Positions 1-8,805 of a stretch of DNA of 49,496 nucleotides are shown here, piece after piece. The position numbers and the translations under genes are program-made. Source of the DNA: Candidatus Parcubacteria bacterium (lineage in GTDB: Bacteria > Patescibacteriota > Minisyncoccia > Phycocordibacterales > EsbW-18); assembly GCA_039798445.1 (NCBI GenBank), contig JBDKFZ010000005.1, positions 1 to 49,496 on the forward strand. Direction: 5' to 3'. The notes under the pieces were generated by a model that saw only the letters and a program-made list of their open reading frames with translations, was not told the origin of the DNA and did no database searches. Every line of letters starts with the position of its first letter. Within the stretch, counting starts at the first letter, position 1.

Positions 1-144
1 GAACGAGCCCTCTTCGATGTGCTGCGCCGCCTCGCCATCCGGGCACATCCCGAGTGCATCGGGCTGGGCAACGAGGGGACTCGCCATCACGGTGAGAGCA
101 ACGACGAGCAGCAGTTCGACGACATGACCGCGGCACATGCGCAT
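1..144 (-). CDS. Partial (runs off window start) secreted hypothetical protein
   Basis: Not in ORF track. Read manually: ATG at 144, MRMCRGHVVELLLVVALTVMASPLVAQPDALG... (signal-peptide-like). GGAGGAG SD at 158-152; TTGACA(267-262)/CATAAT(245-240) promoter. Confidence 0.6.
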   Translation of the reverse strand, partial: MRMCRGHVVELLLVVALTVMASPLVAQPDALGMCPDGEAAQHIEEGSF

Positions 145-239
145 CGGGGCACTCCTCCGAGAAAGGGGTTTGCTCTCCGTTGATGATGGGCGACGTCGCT
201 CATCTATCTTCCTGAATTATCAGAGAGCTTCTGGGCGAC

Positions 240-303
240 ATTATGCCAATTAAAATGCCACTGTCAAGATTCTGTTGACGGTGATAGGGCGCAGGCATAT
301 AGT
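240..303. promoter_or_regulatory. Back-to-back sigma70 promoters
   Basis: Minus strand TTGACA-16-CATAAT; plus strand TTGACG(275-280)-17-TATAGT(298-303). Confidence 0.6.
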
Positions 304-336
304 CGCAAGTGGAGCAGTTCAACCAAGGAGACACCG

Positions 337-552
337 ATGCGAAGCGCACTCCAGATTACTCAGGATGCGATTAACAACATCCTCGACCGAGGGGATGGTG
401 TGGAGCTCATCTCTCCTGAAGATGCACAGGTTTTGAGGGAAGCTGGGGCGCTCGTGCTCGACAACCTTCCGTTGATGGATGGAACCCATCGAGTTGACCT
501 CACGTTTCGAGGGGTTCCTTTCGTCACCGTCACCAACGAACCCTGGACGTAA
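337..552 (+). CDS. Small hypothetical protein (71 aa)
   Basis: AAGGAG SD before ATG, own promoter, GC hairpin after stop. Confidence 0.65.
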   Translation: MRSALQITQDAINNILDRGDGVELISPEDAQVLREAGALVLDNLPLMDGTHRVDLTFRGVPFVTVTNEPWT

Positions 553-611
553 CATTCCGCCCCGCGAGAGCAGCATCCAGCCGCTCCTCTCCTCGGGGCG
601 TTCTGGTTTTC

Positions 612-754
612 TTGCATCCTTTTCACGGGTCTGGTATATTCCTCTGGTCAATACCGATGCGCCATGTCCCCACCAAGGGGACCTCTGGACACCCCAACGG
701 CCCCGGCCGGACAGTGTGTCCGACTGGGGCGGAATCGTATCTGGTCAACTTTCA
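612..754 (+). promoter_or_regulatory. rplC promoter and structured 5' leader
   Basis: TTGCAT(612-617)-17-TATATT(635-640). Leader folds with 651-663/728-740 closing stem plus hairpins 666-682 and 687-721. Confidence 0.6.
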
Positions 755-1354
755 ATGAAATTCATCGTCGGAACAAAAGAAGAGATGACACAGGTCTTCA
801 CCGAAGGCGGCAAGGTCCAGCCTGCAACAATCGTGAAGGTCACTCCACTTACTGTTACTCAGCTCAAAACAGCTGCAAAGGACGGTTATGCTGCTGTTCA
901 GTTTGGTTTTGCTGAAAAGACAGAGAAGCACATCAACAAAGCACAGAAGACCAAAGGTCTTTTCTCAAGCTACATCGAACTTCGCACCGACGAAGCTCCT
1001 GAAGTTGGTTCCGTTGTAAACGCAGACACATTTGCAGAAGGCGATGTCGTTACTGCATCAGGTATCACCAAGGGTAAGGGATTCCAGGGTGGTGTTAAGC
1101 GTCACGGTTTCCACGGAGGTAGCCGTACTCACGGTCAAAAGCACTCTGAGCGCGAAGTCGGTTCGATTGGTGGTGGTGGTCGCGCAGGTGGTCGTGTCGT
1201 CAAAGGTATGCGCATGGGTGGTCGCATGGGTGGCGAACGTGTTACGGTCAAGAACCTCAAGATCGTTCAGGTTGATGCTGCAAACGGATACCTCCTCATC
1301 TCAGGAGCAGTTCCTGGACGCCGCGGTACTGTCATCGAAATCGTAGGAAAATAG
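755..1354 (+). CDS. rplC: 50S ribosomal protein L3
   Basis: GTKxxMTQVF, DGYxAVQ, SGITKGKGFQGGVKRHGF, GxMGGERVT motifs; start at ATG 755. Confidence 0.98.
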   Translation: MKFIVGTKEEMTQVFTEGGKVQPATIVKVTPLTVTQLKTAAKDGYAAVQFGFAEKTEKHINKAQKTKGLFSSYIELRTDEAPEVGSVVNADTFAEGDVVTASGITKGKGFQGGVKRHGFHGGSRTHGQKHSEREVGSIGGGGRAGGRVVKGMRMGGRMGGERVTVKNLKIVQVDAANGYLLISGAVPGRRGTVIEIVGK

Positions 1355-1363
1355 TTTTTATAT

Positions 1364-2083
1364 ATGGCGAAAGCAACTCCAAAAAAGAATACAGAAAAGA
1401 AAGTGATCGAAGCTCTTTCAGCACCGGTCTACACATCAGCCGGTAAGGAGGCAGGAACAATCGCACTTCCTGGGGCTCTTTTCAATGTCGCATGGAACAA
1501 CGACCTCGTCCGTCAGGTCGCTCTCGGCATGCAGTCGAACGCACGTGCTGGTAACGGTCTCGCACACACCAAGGGTCGCGGTGAAGTCCGTGGTGGTGGT
1601 AAGAAGCCTTGGAAACAAAAGGGTACTGGCCAGGCTCGTCACGGTTCATCACGTTCTCCTATCTGGAAGGGTGGTGGTGTTACGCACGGTCCAAACGCCA
1701 ACAAGGACTACAGCAAGCGCATTCCTAAGAGCATGCGCGCAAAGGCACTCGCGGTCGTTCTCTCACAGAAGCTCCGCGAAGGTGAGGTAATTTTCATCGA
1801 CTCAATCTCGTTCAAGGCTCCAAAGACTGCCGAAGCTCGCACAATGCTCAAAACATTTGCTGGCATCAAGGGATTCGAGATGATCACTTCAAAGAAGACG
1901 AACGCAGTTTTCATCGCGCTCTCACAGAACGATGAGAACACAAAGCGCAGCTTTGGTAACTTCGGCAACGTCGAAGTCGATGAACTCCGCAACCTCAACG
2001 TCGTCGACGCGCTTTCATCGAAGTACCTCCTCATCGAGAACCCAGAGGCCTCACTCAAGCTCTTCGAGCCTAAGACAAAATAA
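1364..2083 (+). CDS. rplD: 50S ribosomal protein L4
   Basis: TKGRGEVRGGGKKPWKQKGTGQARHGSSRSPIWKGGG. Confidence 0.98.
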   Translation: MAKATPKKNTEKKVIEALSAPVYTSAGKEAGTIALPGALFNVAWNNDLVRQVALGMQSNARAGNGLAHTKGRGEVRGGGKKPWKQKGTGQARHGSSRSPIWKGGGVTHGPNANKDYSKRIPKSMRAKALAVVLSQKLREGEVIFIDSISFKAPKTAEARTMLKTFAGIKGFEMITSKKTNAVFIALSQNDENTKRSFGNFGNVEVDELRNLNVVDALSSKYLLIENPEASLKLFEPKTK

Positions 2084-2103
2084 CTCCTCCTCACACTACT
2101 TTT

Positions 2104-2565
2104 ATGTTGTTCAAGAAAAAAGATTCAAACTCGAGCTCGCAAGCAAAGACATCTCTTTTTGCATCTAAGGCGAAGAAAGAAGACGCACAGGAGAAGAACG
2201 ACGAGCGAAAGAGCATGCCGGTTGTTGCGGCTGTGAAGACCAAGGAGGACGTTGATACGACGTTCAAGACGACGGTTGCTGCCGGCAAGATTAGCGGTGA
2301 CATTCTTCGCAACCCTCGCATCACCGAGAAGGCATCACAGGTCGCAGAGAACAACGTCTACACGTTCGACGTCGCACGTTCAGCAAACAAGACAACCATC
2401 AAGGCTGCCATCAAGGACGTCTACGGTGTAACACCAACAGCAGTACGCATCGTTACTGTTCCAACCAAGAGCTACATGTCACGCCGTGGTCTCCAGAGCA
2501 CATCAGGTGGCGGTAAGAAGGCCTACGTTCAGCTCAAGAAGGGCGACACAATTGAGCTCGTCTAG
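2104..2565 (+). CDS. rplW: 50S ribosomal protein L23 with N-terminal extension
   Basis: PRITEKA...YTFDV...KKAYVQL; position after rplD. Confidence 0.95.
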   Translation: MLFKKKDSNSSSQAKTSLFASKAKKEDAQEKNDERKSMPVVAAVKTKEDVDTTFKTTVAAGKISGDILRNPRITEKASQVAENNVYTFDVARSANKTTIKAAIKDVYGVTPTAVRIVTVPTKSYMSRRGLQSTSGGGKKAYVQLKKGDTIELV

Positions 2566-2575
2566 CATCCATTTT

Positions 2576-3424
2576 ATGAAAAAGCACAAACCAACATCAG
2601 CAGGACGCCGCGGAATGTCAGTGATCTCGTATCGCGCCATCCTCACGACTGACACGCCTCACAAGCCGCTCACAGCGGGCTACACGCGCTCACACGGACG
2701 CAACGCTTTCGGTCGCCTCACGACTCGTTCAGTCGGTGGTGGTCATAAGCGTCGCTGGCGCGATATCGACTTCAAGTACGACAAACAGGATATCCCTGCT
2801 CGTGTTGAATCAATCGAATACGACCCAAACCGCACATCATTCATCGCCCTCATCTGTTACAGCGACGGTGAACGCCGTTACGTCATCGCTCCTCAGAGCA
2901 TCAAGGTTGGCGACACGATGATCAACTCAGCAAGCGCACCTGCAAAGGCGGGCAATCGTCTTCCACTCGCAAAGATTCCTGTTGGTACTTTTGTTTACAA
3001 CATCGAACTCAAGCCTCAGGGTGGTGCGAAGCTCGTACGTTCAGCAGGTAACTACGCAGAAGTTGTTGCTCACGACGCAGGATACGCACTCATCAAGATG
3101 CCTTCGACCGAAATCCGTCGCATCGACGAAATCGGTTGGGCATCAGTTGGTGAAGTCTCGAACCCAGAGCACCGCTTGGAGAACCTTGGTAAGGCTGGTC
3201 GCAACCGATGGCTCGGTGTACGTCCAAAGGTTCGTGGTACTGCCATGAACCCAGTTGACCACCCACACGGTGGTGGTGAAGGTGTTCAGGGCCGTGGTCA
3301 CCGTCGTGCACGCACCCGTCACGGTAAGAACACCGGTAAGGGCCACAAGACACGTACTCCAAAGAAGTACTCAAACCACCTCATCGTCGAACGCCGACGC
3401 GTTGGCGGAAAGAAGACAAAGTAA
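2576..3424 (+). CDS. rplB: 50S ribosomal protein L2
   Basis: IEYDPNR, GKAGRNRWLG, RGTAMNPVDHPHGGGEG. Confidence 0.98.
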   Translation: MKKHKPTSAGRRGMSVISYRAILTTDTPHKPLTAGYTRSHGRNAFGRLTTRSVGGGHKRRWRDIDFKYDKQDIPARVESIEYDPNRTSFIALICYSDGERRYVIAPQSIKVGDTMINSASAPAKAGNRLPLAKIPVGTFVYNIELKPQGGAKLVRSAGNYAEVVAHDAGYALIKMPSTEIRRIDEIGWASVGEVSNPEHRLENLGKAGRNRWLGVRPKVRGTAMNPVDHPHGGGEGVQGRGHRRARTRHGKNTGKGHKTRTPKKYSNHLIVERRRVGGKKTK

Positions 3425-3429
3425 TAAAA

Positions 3430-3460
3430 GCAGGCCCGCCGAAAGGCGGGTTTGTTTGTT
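3430..3460 (+). terminator. Intrinsic terminator after rplB
   Basis: GCAGGCCCGCC-GAAA-GGCGGGTTTGT followed by T-rich tail. Confidence 0.8.
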
Positions 3461-3561
3461 GCCTATAAATTGAAAAGGACCTCGCACCGTGGAAGATGGT
3501 ACGAAGTCCTTAGAGCGGCTGTGCGCTCGGGTTGTGGACCTTTGGGAGGTCCGGCGGGTGT

Positions 3562-3873
3562 TCAGGCGATATTCGTGTCGAAGCTGTAGTAGTCCCTCAC
3601 GGTGAAGACGCGGCCTCCACACGTGATGAACCGACAGCAACGCCCTCCGACGCAGAGGACAGCCTTCATCTGTTCTCCCCTGAGGAGCGCCAGCATACCC
3701 GATGCGGCGACCTTCAGGATCTCGATGAATGCTCGGAGAGGGCGGACTACCTGGCCGACGAGGACACGAATGTTCCCGTCCAGCACGCTCACCTGGCCGA
3801 TGACCCAGTTGTCGGTCGTACGGCACTTACAGGCGACGGTCCTGCCGTGATCTGCTGCCGTCAGCATTTGCAT
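3562..3873 (-). CDS. Hypothetical protein inserted antisense between rplB and rpsS
   Basis: AGGAG SD 7 nt before ATG 3873 (MQMLTAAD...); hairpins after stop; fills the rplB-rpsS gap. Confidence 0.55.
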   Translation of the reverse strand: MQMLTAADHGRTVACKCRTTDNWVIGQVSVLDGNIRVLVGQVVRPLRAFIEILKVAASGMLALLRGEQMKAVLCVGGRCCRFITCGGRVFTVRDYYSFDTNIA

Positions 3874-4086
3874 CAGACATCTCCTGCCTATATACACCGG
3901 CTTCGTTGCCGGATGTAACCAAACAACCAAAAATACATGTAAAGACCAGATCGTCTGGCTTCAAGTCAAAAAGAAGACTCGGAGCAACTGGAAAAGAATT
4001 GTACCCTTCTTTTTGAAAATGGCAATAGGTTGGGGACAGAGAGTGGAAAAGTGGCTTCAAAAAGGCCTCGTCCGGCAGAGAGGCAT

Positions 4087-4114
4087 TTGACATCTGCTTG
4101 CTTTTTGCTATTAT
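4087..4114 (+). promoter_or_regulatory. sigma70 promoter for rpsS-rplE unit
   Basis: TTGACA-16-TATTAT with extended -10 TG. Confidence 0.75.
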
Positions 4115-4151
4115 CGCTCCACGAGCCTCACGGCTCTTTTTCTTCGAAGCA

Positions 4152-4496
4152 ATGACCCGATCACTCAAAAAAGGCCCTCATTTTGATGCCAAACTTATGA
4201 AGAAGGTTGCAGCCGGCAAAGCCGGTGGCCCTTCTATCAAGACCTGGGCACGCGCAAGCGTTATCGCCCCTGAAATGGTCGGTTTTACATTTGCTGTACA
4301 CAACGGCAACAAGTTTCTCGATGTCTTCGTGACTGAGGAAATGGTGGGACACAAGCTTGGTGAATTTGCACCTACTAAGACGTTCAAGCGTCACGGTGGT
4401 CAGATGCAGAAGGCCCTCGATACCGCAAAGAAGGAAGCCGAGATCAACGCAGCAAAGGCAGCTAAGGGCGCATCTGACGCTCCAGCAAAGAAATAA
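4152..4496 (+). CDS. rpsS: 30S ribosomal protein S19
   Basis: [27 protein letters not shown]; K/A-rich C-terminal tail. Confidence 0.98.
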   Translation: MTRSLKKGPHFDAKLMKKVAAGKAGGPSIKTWARASVIAPEMVGFTFAVHNGNKFLDVFVTEEMVGHKLGEFAPTKTFKRHGGQMQKALDTAKKEAEINAAKAAKGASDAPAKK

Positions 4497-4507
4497 ACTG
4501 AATCTGT

Positions 4508-4915
4508 ATGAAGGCTTATCTTAAAAACTATCGTCAGGCTCCTCGCAAGGTCCGCATCGTCGCAGATCTCATCAAGGGCAAGGAAGTCTCACGTGCTCTT
4601 CTCATTCTCGACACGACACCAAAGCGTGCGACTCGTCAGCTCACGAACCTCGTGAAGTCTGCTATCGCGAACGCAAAGAACAACGGTGGTATCTCAACCG
4701 ACGGTCTTTTCATCCAGGAAATCCGCGTCGACAAGGGACTCAAGATGCGTCGCTACATGCCAAAGGCGCAGGGTCGCGCATCGGGTTACGACAAGCACTC
4801 AAGCAACGTTACTCTCGTGCTTGGTAGCAAAGCCCCTGTTGTTAAGGCCGACAAGAAAGCAACAAAGCCAGCAGCTAAAAAGACGACCAAGAAAGCCGTC
4901 AAAGAAACGAAATAG
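4508..4915 (+). CDS. rplV: 50S ribosomal protein L22
   Basis: RQAPRKVRIVADLIKG, SAIANA, PKAQGRA. Confidence 0.97.
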   Translation: MKAYLKNYRQAPRKVRIVADLIKGKEVSRALLILDTTPKRATRQLTNLVKSAIANAKNNGGISTDGLFIQEIRVDKGLKMRRYMPKAQGRASGYDKHSSNVTLVLGSKAPVVKADKKATKPAAKKTTKKAVKETK

Positions 4916-4918
4916 TAT

Positions 4919-5584
4919 ATGACACACCACGTACATCCATTTGCACACCGTTTGGGCATCCTCCGCGACTGGCAGTCACGTTGGTTTGCGCGCGGTAACG
5001 ACTATCAGGCGTACCTCAAGACCGATATTCTTATCAGGAAGCACCTCGAGAAGGCTCTTCGCGATATGTACGTCGGTGGTATCGATATCGAACGCCAGGG
5101 AACTCGCCTCAAGATCCTCATCAAGACATCACGCCCAGGTCTCATCATTGGCCGCAGCGGAGAAGGCATCACGAAGATTAAGAAGAATCTCGACGCACTC
5201 ATTGCAGCCAAGAAGCTCGTTGGTGCAGATGCACTCAAGCTCGAAGTAGAAGAAATCCGCTCACCTGAAGCGAACGCAGCTATCGTCGCTATCATGGCGC
5301 GCGAAGGTATCGAAAAGCGTTTCCCATTCCGCCGCGTTCTCAAGCAGACTGCCGAGAAGGTCATGGCAAACCGTGATGTTCAGGGTATGCGCATCCACCT
5401 CTCGGGTCGTTTGGGTGGTGCTGACATGGCACGTCGCGAAGCTATCAAGCGTGGTCGTATTCCACTTCAGACGTTCCGCGCCGACATCGACTACGCGCAC
5501 GACGAAGCACACATCCCACAGGGTCAGATCGGTATCCGTGTCTGGATCTACCGTGGTGAAGTTTTTGATAAAGATAAGAAATAG
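4919..5584 (+). CDS. rpsC: 30S ribosomal protein S3
   Basis: RPGLIIG KH domain, SGRLGGADMAR, GRIPLQTFRADIDY. Confidence 0.98.
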   Translation: MTHHVHPFAHRLGILRDWQSRWFARGNDYQAYLKTDILIRKHLEKALRDMYVGGIDIERQGTRLKILIKTSRPGLIIGRSGEGITKIKKNLDALIAAKKLVGADALKLEVEEIRSPEANAAIVAIMAREGIEKRFPFRRVLKQTAEKVMANRDVQGMRIHLSGRLGGADMARREAIKRGRIPLQTFRADIDYAHDEAHIPQGQIGIRVWIYRGEVFDKDKK

Positions 5585-5586
5585 TC

Positions 5587-6006
5587 ATGTTGTTTCCTAA
5601 GAAAGTAAAATTCCGCAAGTGGCAGACTGGCCGTCGCAATCCTGCGCGTGTTGGTGTTGCTACTCGTGGTATCACCCTCGCCTTCGGTTCGTATGGCCTC
5701 AAGGCTATGGCGGCTGGTCGCATCACAAGCAACCAAATCGAAGCATCACGTCGCGTTATGCGCCGCGAGCTCGGTAAGAACGGCACCATCTGGATGCGTA
5801 TCTTCCCTGACCGTCCGTTCACACAGAAAGCTGCCGAAGTGGGCATGGGTAAGGGTAAGGGTGATCCTCAGGGATTCGTTGCCCCAGTGAACCCAGGTCG
5901 CATGCTTTTCGAAATCGACGGTGTTTCAGCCGAAGCTGCAAAAGAAGCGCTCCGTAAGGGAGGTGCAAAGATGCCGGTTAAGACAAAGATCGTCGAGCGC
6001 GCGTAG
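5587..6006 (+). CDS. rplP: 50S ribosomal protein L16
   Basis: PKKVKFRK, RIFPD, MGKGKG. Confidence 0.98.
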   Translation: MLFPKKVKFRKWQTGRRNPARVGVATRGITLAFGSYGLKAMAAGRITSNQIEASRRVMRRELGKNGTIWMRIFPDRPFTQKAAEVGMGKGKGDPQGFVAPVNPGRMLFEIDGVSAEAAKEALRKGGAKMPVKTKIVERA

Positions 6007-6054
6007 TTGTCCTCAACGATTCCTTCACGTATAGTGCCAAACACCATGACCACA

Positions 6055-6234
6055 ATGTCAGATATCACAAAGAAAGACGCCCACCAGCTCTCAACGTTCA
6101 TCGCTGAGAAGCGTGAGGAGCTCCGCCAGGCCCGCTTTGCGGTCGCTGGTAGCAAGGCACGTGATGTCAAAAAGATGCGCGAAGCCAAGAAGGACATCGC
6201 CCGCGCTTTCACTGCAGCCAACGCACCCAAATAA
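6055..6234 (+). CDS. rpmC: 50S ribosomal protein L29
   Basis: LRQARF...KKDIARAFT; synteny; start at 6046 or 6055. Confidence 0.92.
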   Translation: MSDITKKDAHQLSTFIAEKREELRQARFAVAGSKARDVKKMREAKKDIARAFTAANAPK

Positions 6235-6237
6235 CAT

Positions 6238-6483
6238 ATGACAACCGCACCTGAACAAAAGAAGATCAAAACATTGAGCGGCGTTGTTGTGTCCGACAAG
6301 ATGAAGGACACAACCGTCGTCATGGTGAAGCGCTTTGTGAAGCACCCTAAGTACGGCAAGTACATGGAGAAGCGCAAGAAGTACGCTGCACACGATGTTG
6401 GTAACACCAAGCACATCGGTGACAAGGTCACCATTCAGGAGACTCGTCCTATCTCAAAGACTAAGCACTTCAAGATTGTCTAA
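6238..6483 (+). CDS. rpsQ: 30S ribosomal protein S17
   Basis: GVVVSDKMKDT, HPKYGK, ETRPISKTK. Confidence 0.98.
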   Translation: MTTAPEQKKIKTLSGVVVSDKMKDTTVVMVKRFVKHPKYGKYMEKRKKYAAHDVGNTKHIGDKVTIQETRPISKTKHFKIV

Positions 6484-6489
6484 ACTTTT

Positions 6490-6861
6490 ATGATTCAGCC
6501 TCGCTCCATTGTGAATATCGCAGACAACTCCGGTGCAAAGATCGGACGTGTCTTCAAAGTGCTTGGTGGTTCAAAGCGCCGCTACGCAGAAATCGGCGAC
6601 AAGGTCGTTATCTCAATTCAGGTCGCTGAACCTCGCAAGGCCATCAAGAAGAAAGAAGTCGTTCACGCCGTTGTTGTTCGCCAGACCAAGGCATTCCGCC
6701 GCAAGGATGGATCGTATGTCCGCTTTGACGACAACGCAGTCGTTATCGTTGATAAGGTAAAGCCAGAACCAAAGGCAAACCGCATCTTCGGTCCTATCCC
6801 TCGTGAGATGGGTGAACGCGGATACCAGAAGATCATCTCGCTCGCGCCTGAGGTCGTATAA
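6490..6861 (+). CDS. rplN: 50S ribosomal protein L14
   Basis: [24 protein letters not shown]. Confidence 0.98.
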   Translation: MIQPRSIVNIADNSGAKIGRVFKVLGGSKRRYAEIGDKVVISIQVAEPRKAIKKKEVVHAVVVRQTKAFRRKDGSYVRFDDNAVVIVDKVKPEPKANRIFGPIPREMGERGYQKIISLAPEVV

Positions 6862-6868
6862 CATTTCT

Positions 6869-7081
6869 ATGCACGTCAAAAAAGGAGACAAAGTAATAGT
6901 CATCGCAGGAAAGGGTAAGGGTGCAACAGGCACCATCCTCAATGCTTTCCCTAAGAAAGACCTCATCATCGTTGAGGGTGTTGGTATCGTGAAGCGCCAC
7001 CAAAAGGCCGGCCGTGGCGGCAAGAGCCAAATCCTCGATAAGACCATGCCAATCCACGTCTCGAACGTAAAGAAGGCATAA
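6869..7081 (+). CDS. rplX: 50S ribosomal protein L24 (short, 70 aa)
   Basis: [19 protein letters not shown] motif, PIHVSNV. Confidence 0.95.
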   Translation: MHVKKGDKVIVIAGKGKGATGTILNAFPKKDLIIVEGVGIVKRHQKAGRGGKSQILDKTMPIHVSNVKKA

Positions 7082-7091
7082 CGAAACCCGT

Positions 7092-7670
7092 ATGATTACC
7101 GTACAAGACAAACAAAAGAAGGCTTACGCGTCGCTCAAGGAAGCGCTCGATATCAAGAATGTTAGTGCAACACCACGTCTCACCAAGGTGAGCATCTCGG
7201 TTGGTACTGGATCGCTCAAAGACAAAAAGAAGTTCGAAATCATCGAAGACCGTCTCGCCAAGATCACCGGCCAGAAAGCGGCGCCTCGCGTAGCCAAGAA
7301 GTCGATTGCATCATTCAAGCTCCGTGAGGGTACAGCAATCGGTTACCAGGTCACGCTCCGCGGACAGCGCATGTACGACTTCCTCGACCGTTTGTTCAAC
7401 ATCGCCCTTGCTCGAACTCGTGACTTCCGTGGGGTTCCTCGCGAATCAGTTGACCCAATGGGCAACATGACCCTCGGCCTCAAGGAACACAACATCTTCC
7501 CTGAGACAGCCGACGAAGAGGTCAAAGATGTTTTTGGTCTCGCAGTCACGATTGTCACCACTGCCAAAGACAAGGCATCGGCTACCAAATATTTCGAATA
7601 CATCGGTGTTCCCTTCAAAAAGGAAGAAGAAGGCAAGAAGCGCCGCAAGAAAGAGACAAAAGACTCCTAA
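7092..7670 (+). CDS. rplE: 50S ribosomal protein L5
   Basis: ITGQK, AKKSIASFKLREG, VTLRG, RDFRG. Confidence 0.98.
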   Translation: MITVQDKQKKAYASLKEALDIKNVSATPRLTKVSISVGTGSLKDKKKFEIIEDRLAKITGQKAAPRVAKKSIASFKLREGTAIGYQVTLRGQRMYDFLDRLFNIALARTRDFRGVPRESVDPMGNMTLGLKEHNIFPETADEEVKDVFGLAVTIVTTAKDKASATKYFEYIGVPFKKEEEGKKRRKKETKDS

Positions 7671-7695
7671 TCAAAGCCCCGAAAGGGGCTTTGAT
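7670..7695. terminator. Terminator hairpin after rplE
   Basis: ATCAAAGCCCC-GAAA-GGGGCTTTGAT perfect 11-bp stem. Confidence 0.8.
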
Positions 7696-7817
7696 CGTTC
7701 TTACATACTGAGGAAGATTATTTTCCAACGCTTGACGTACGTTACTATTTCCTGCAAAGTCATCCCAGATGATCAACTTCCTCCGCATTGCGGAGAGAAA
7801 GAAAGAGGAATAGGACA

Positions 7818-8264
7818 ATGAAGAAAGTGTTGGGATGGGCCATTGTGGCAATCTGCATCGCGATGGGAGCATACTTCGGCTTGCTGAGCCTTGGCATGCC
7901 GTCGGTCTCTGCCGCTTTGACTGCCGCCACTGTCGCCGCCGTTCTCACGGTTGCTGCTTTCGATGCCTCCTACGGCTTCGCCGCTTTCTTGGCCGTTGTT
8001 GGTGTCGTTCTCATCGGCCACACCGTCGACATCCTTGCCGTTGTCCTTTCGGTTCTCATCGTCGCCTTCGGCGCCTTCAATGTTGCCAGTAAGCTCAAGG
8101 TCGAGTTTCAATGGGCATTCATCGCCTACTTGATTGAGGGGGCCGGCATCTACGCCACTCTCAAGCTCGGCCTCTGGCAGCCGGCGGCAGTCGCGGCCCT
8201 GCTTCTCGGCATCTGGTGGTTTGCCGTCAGGCTTGCCCAGATGAGACTCGTTGCCTCTATCTAA
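7818..8264 (+). CDS. Multi-pass membrane hypothetical protein inserted between rplE and rpsN
   Basis: 148 aa, almost entirely hydrophobic; purine-rich SD region; hairpin 8290-8318 downstream. Confidence 0.8.
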   Translation: MKKVLGWAIVAICIAMGAYFGLLSLGMPSVSAALTAATVAAVLTVAAFDASYGFAAFLAVVGVVLIGHTVDILAVVLSVLIVAFGAFNVASKLKVEFQWAFIAYLIEGAGIYATLKLGLWQPAAVAALLLGIWWFAVRLAQMRLVASI

Positions 8265-8363
8265 ACCAGTTCACCCCGTTCTTTCTCCGCCCCACCACTC
8301 TCAGTTGAGTAGGTGGGGTGCTGTCGTTCTGGTGGAGATCACTCCACGCCCTCAAGGCCTTCT

Positions 8364-8528
8364 TTGACACCTGTCCCATTTTTTGCTAGTATCAGCGGGC
8401 TTTCGTACTGAGAGCTTGCTCCGCCTTGCGGAGGACTTGTCCGCCTTTGAGTACCAGCCGGCTGTTCCGAAAGGGATAGTCCATGGGTATAGAGAAAGGC
8501 AGGTCTATTTTTACGTACACAATCATTC
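8364..8528 (+). promoter_or_regulatory. Promoter and structured leader of rpsN-secY unit
   Basis: TTGACA(8364-8369)-17-TAGTAT(8387-8392) with extended -10 TG, then three consecutive stems. Confidence 0.65.
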
Positions 8529-8798
8529 ATGGCCCGAGCGTCAAACAAAGCACGAGACCTTAAACGGTCAAAAATGATCGCCTCTAACAAGGTGAAGCGT
8601 TCTGCACTCAAGGATGCTCACGACTATGAAGGTTTGCAGGCTCTCAAAAAGAACGCATCTCCTGTTCGTGCAAAGAACCGTTGTTTCAAGTGTGGCCGTC
8701 CTCGTGCTTTCATGCGTGACTTCGGTCTTTGCCGTATCTGTTTCCGCGAGCTTGCCAACAAGGGCATGATTCCGGGCATCAAAAAAGCTTCTTGGTAA
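8529..8798 (+). CDS. rpsN: 30S ribosomal protein S14 (89 aa, Zn-ribbon intact)
   Basis: [10 protein letters not shown]...[10 protein letters not shown]...PGIKKASW. Confidence 0.97.
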   Translation: MARASNKARDLKRSKMIASNKVKRSALKDAHDYEGLQALKKNASPVRAKNRCFKCGRPRAFMRDFGLCRICFRELANKGMIPGIKKASW

Positions 8799-8805
8799 TT
8801 TCTAT

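Noticed and set aside
479-754. 92-aa N-terminal extension of L3 in the ORF track
   Set aside because: It spans the upstream gene end, the promoter and the structured leader; L3 homology starts at ATG 755.
3532-3918. Plus-strand 128-aa ORF between rplB and rpsS
   Set aside because: No SD or promoter after the rplB terminator; the minus-strand ORF has a well-spaced AGGAG. Strand choice remains moderately uncertain.
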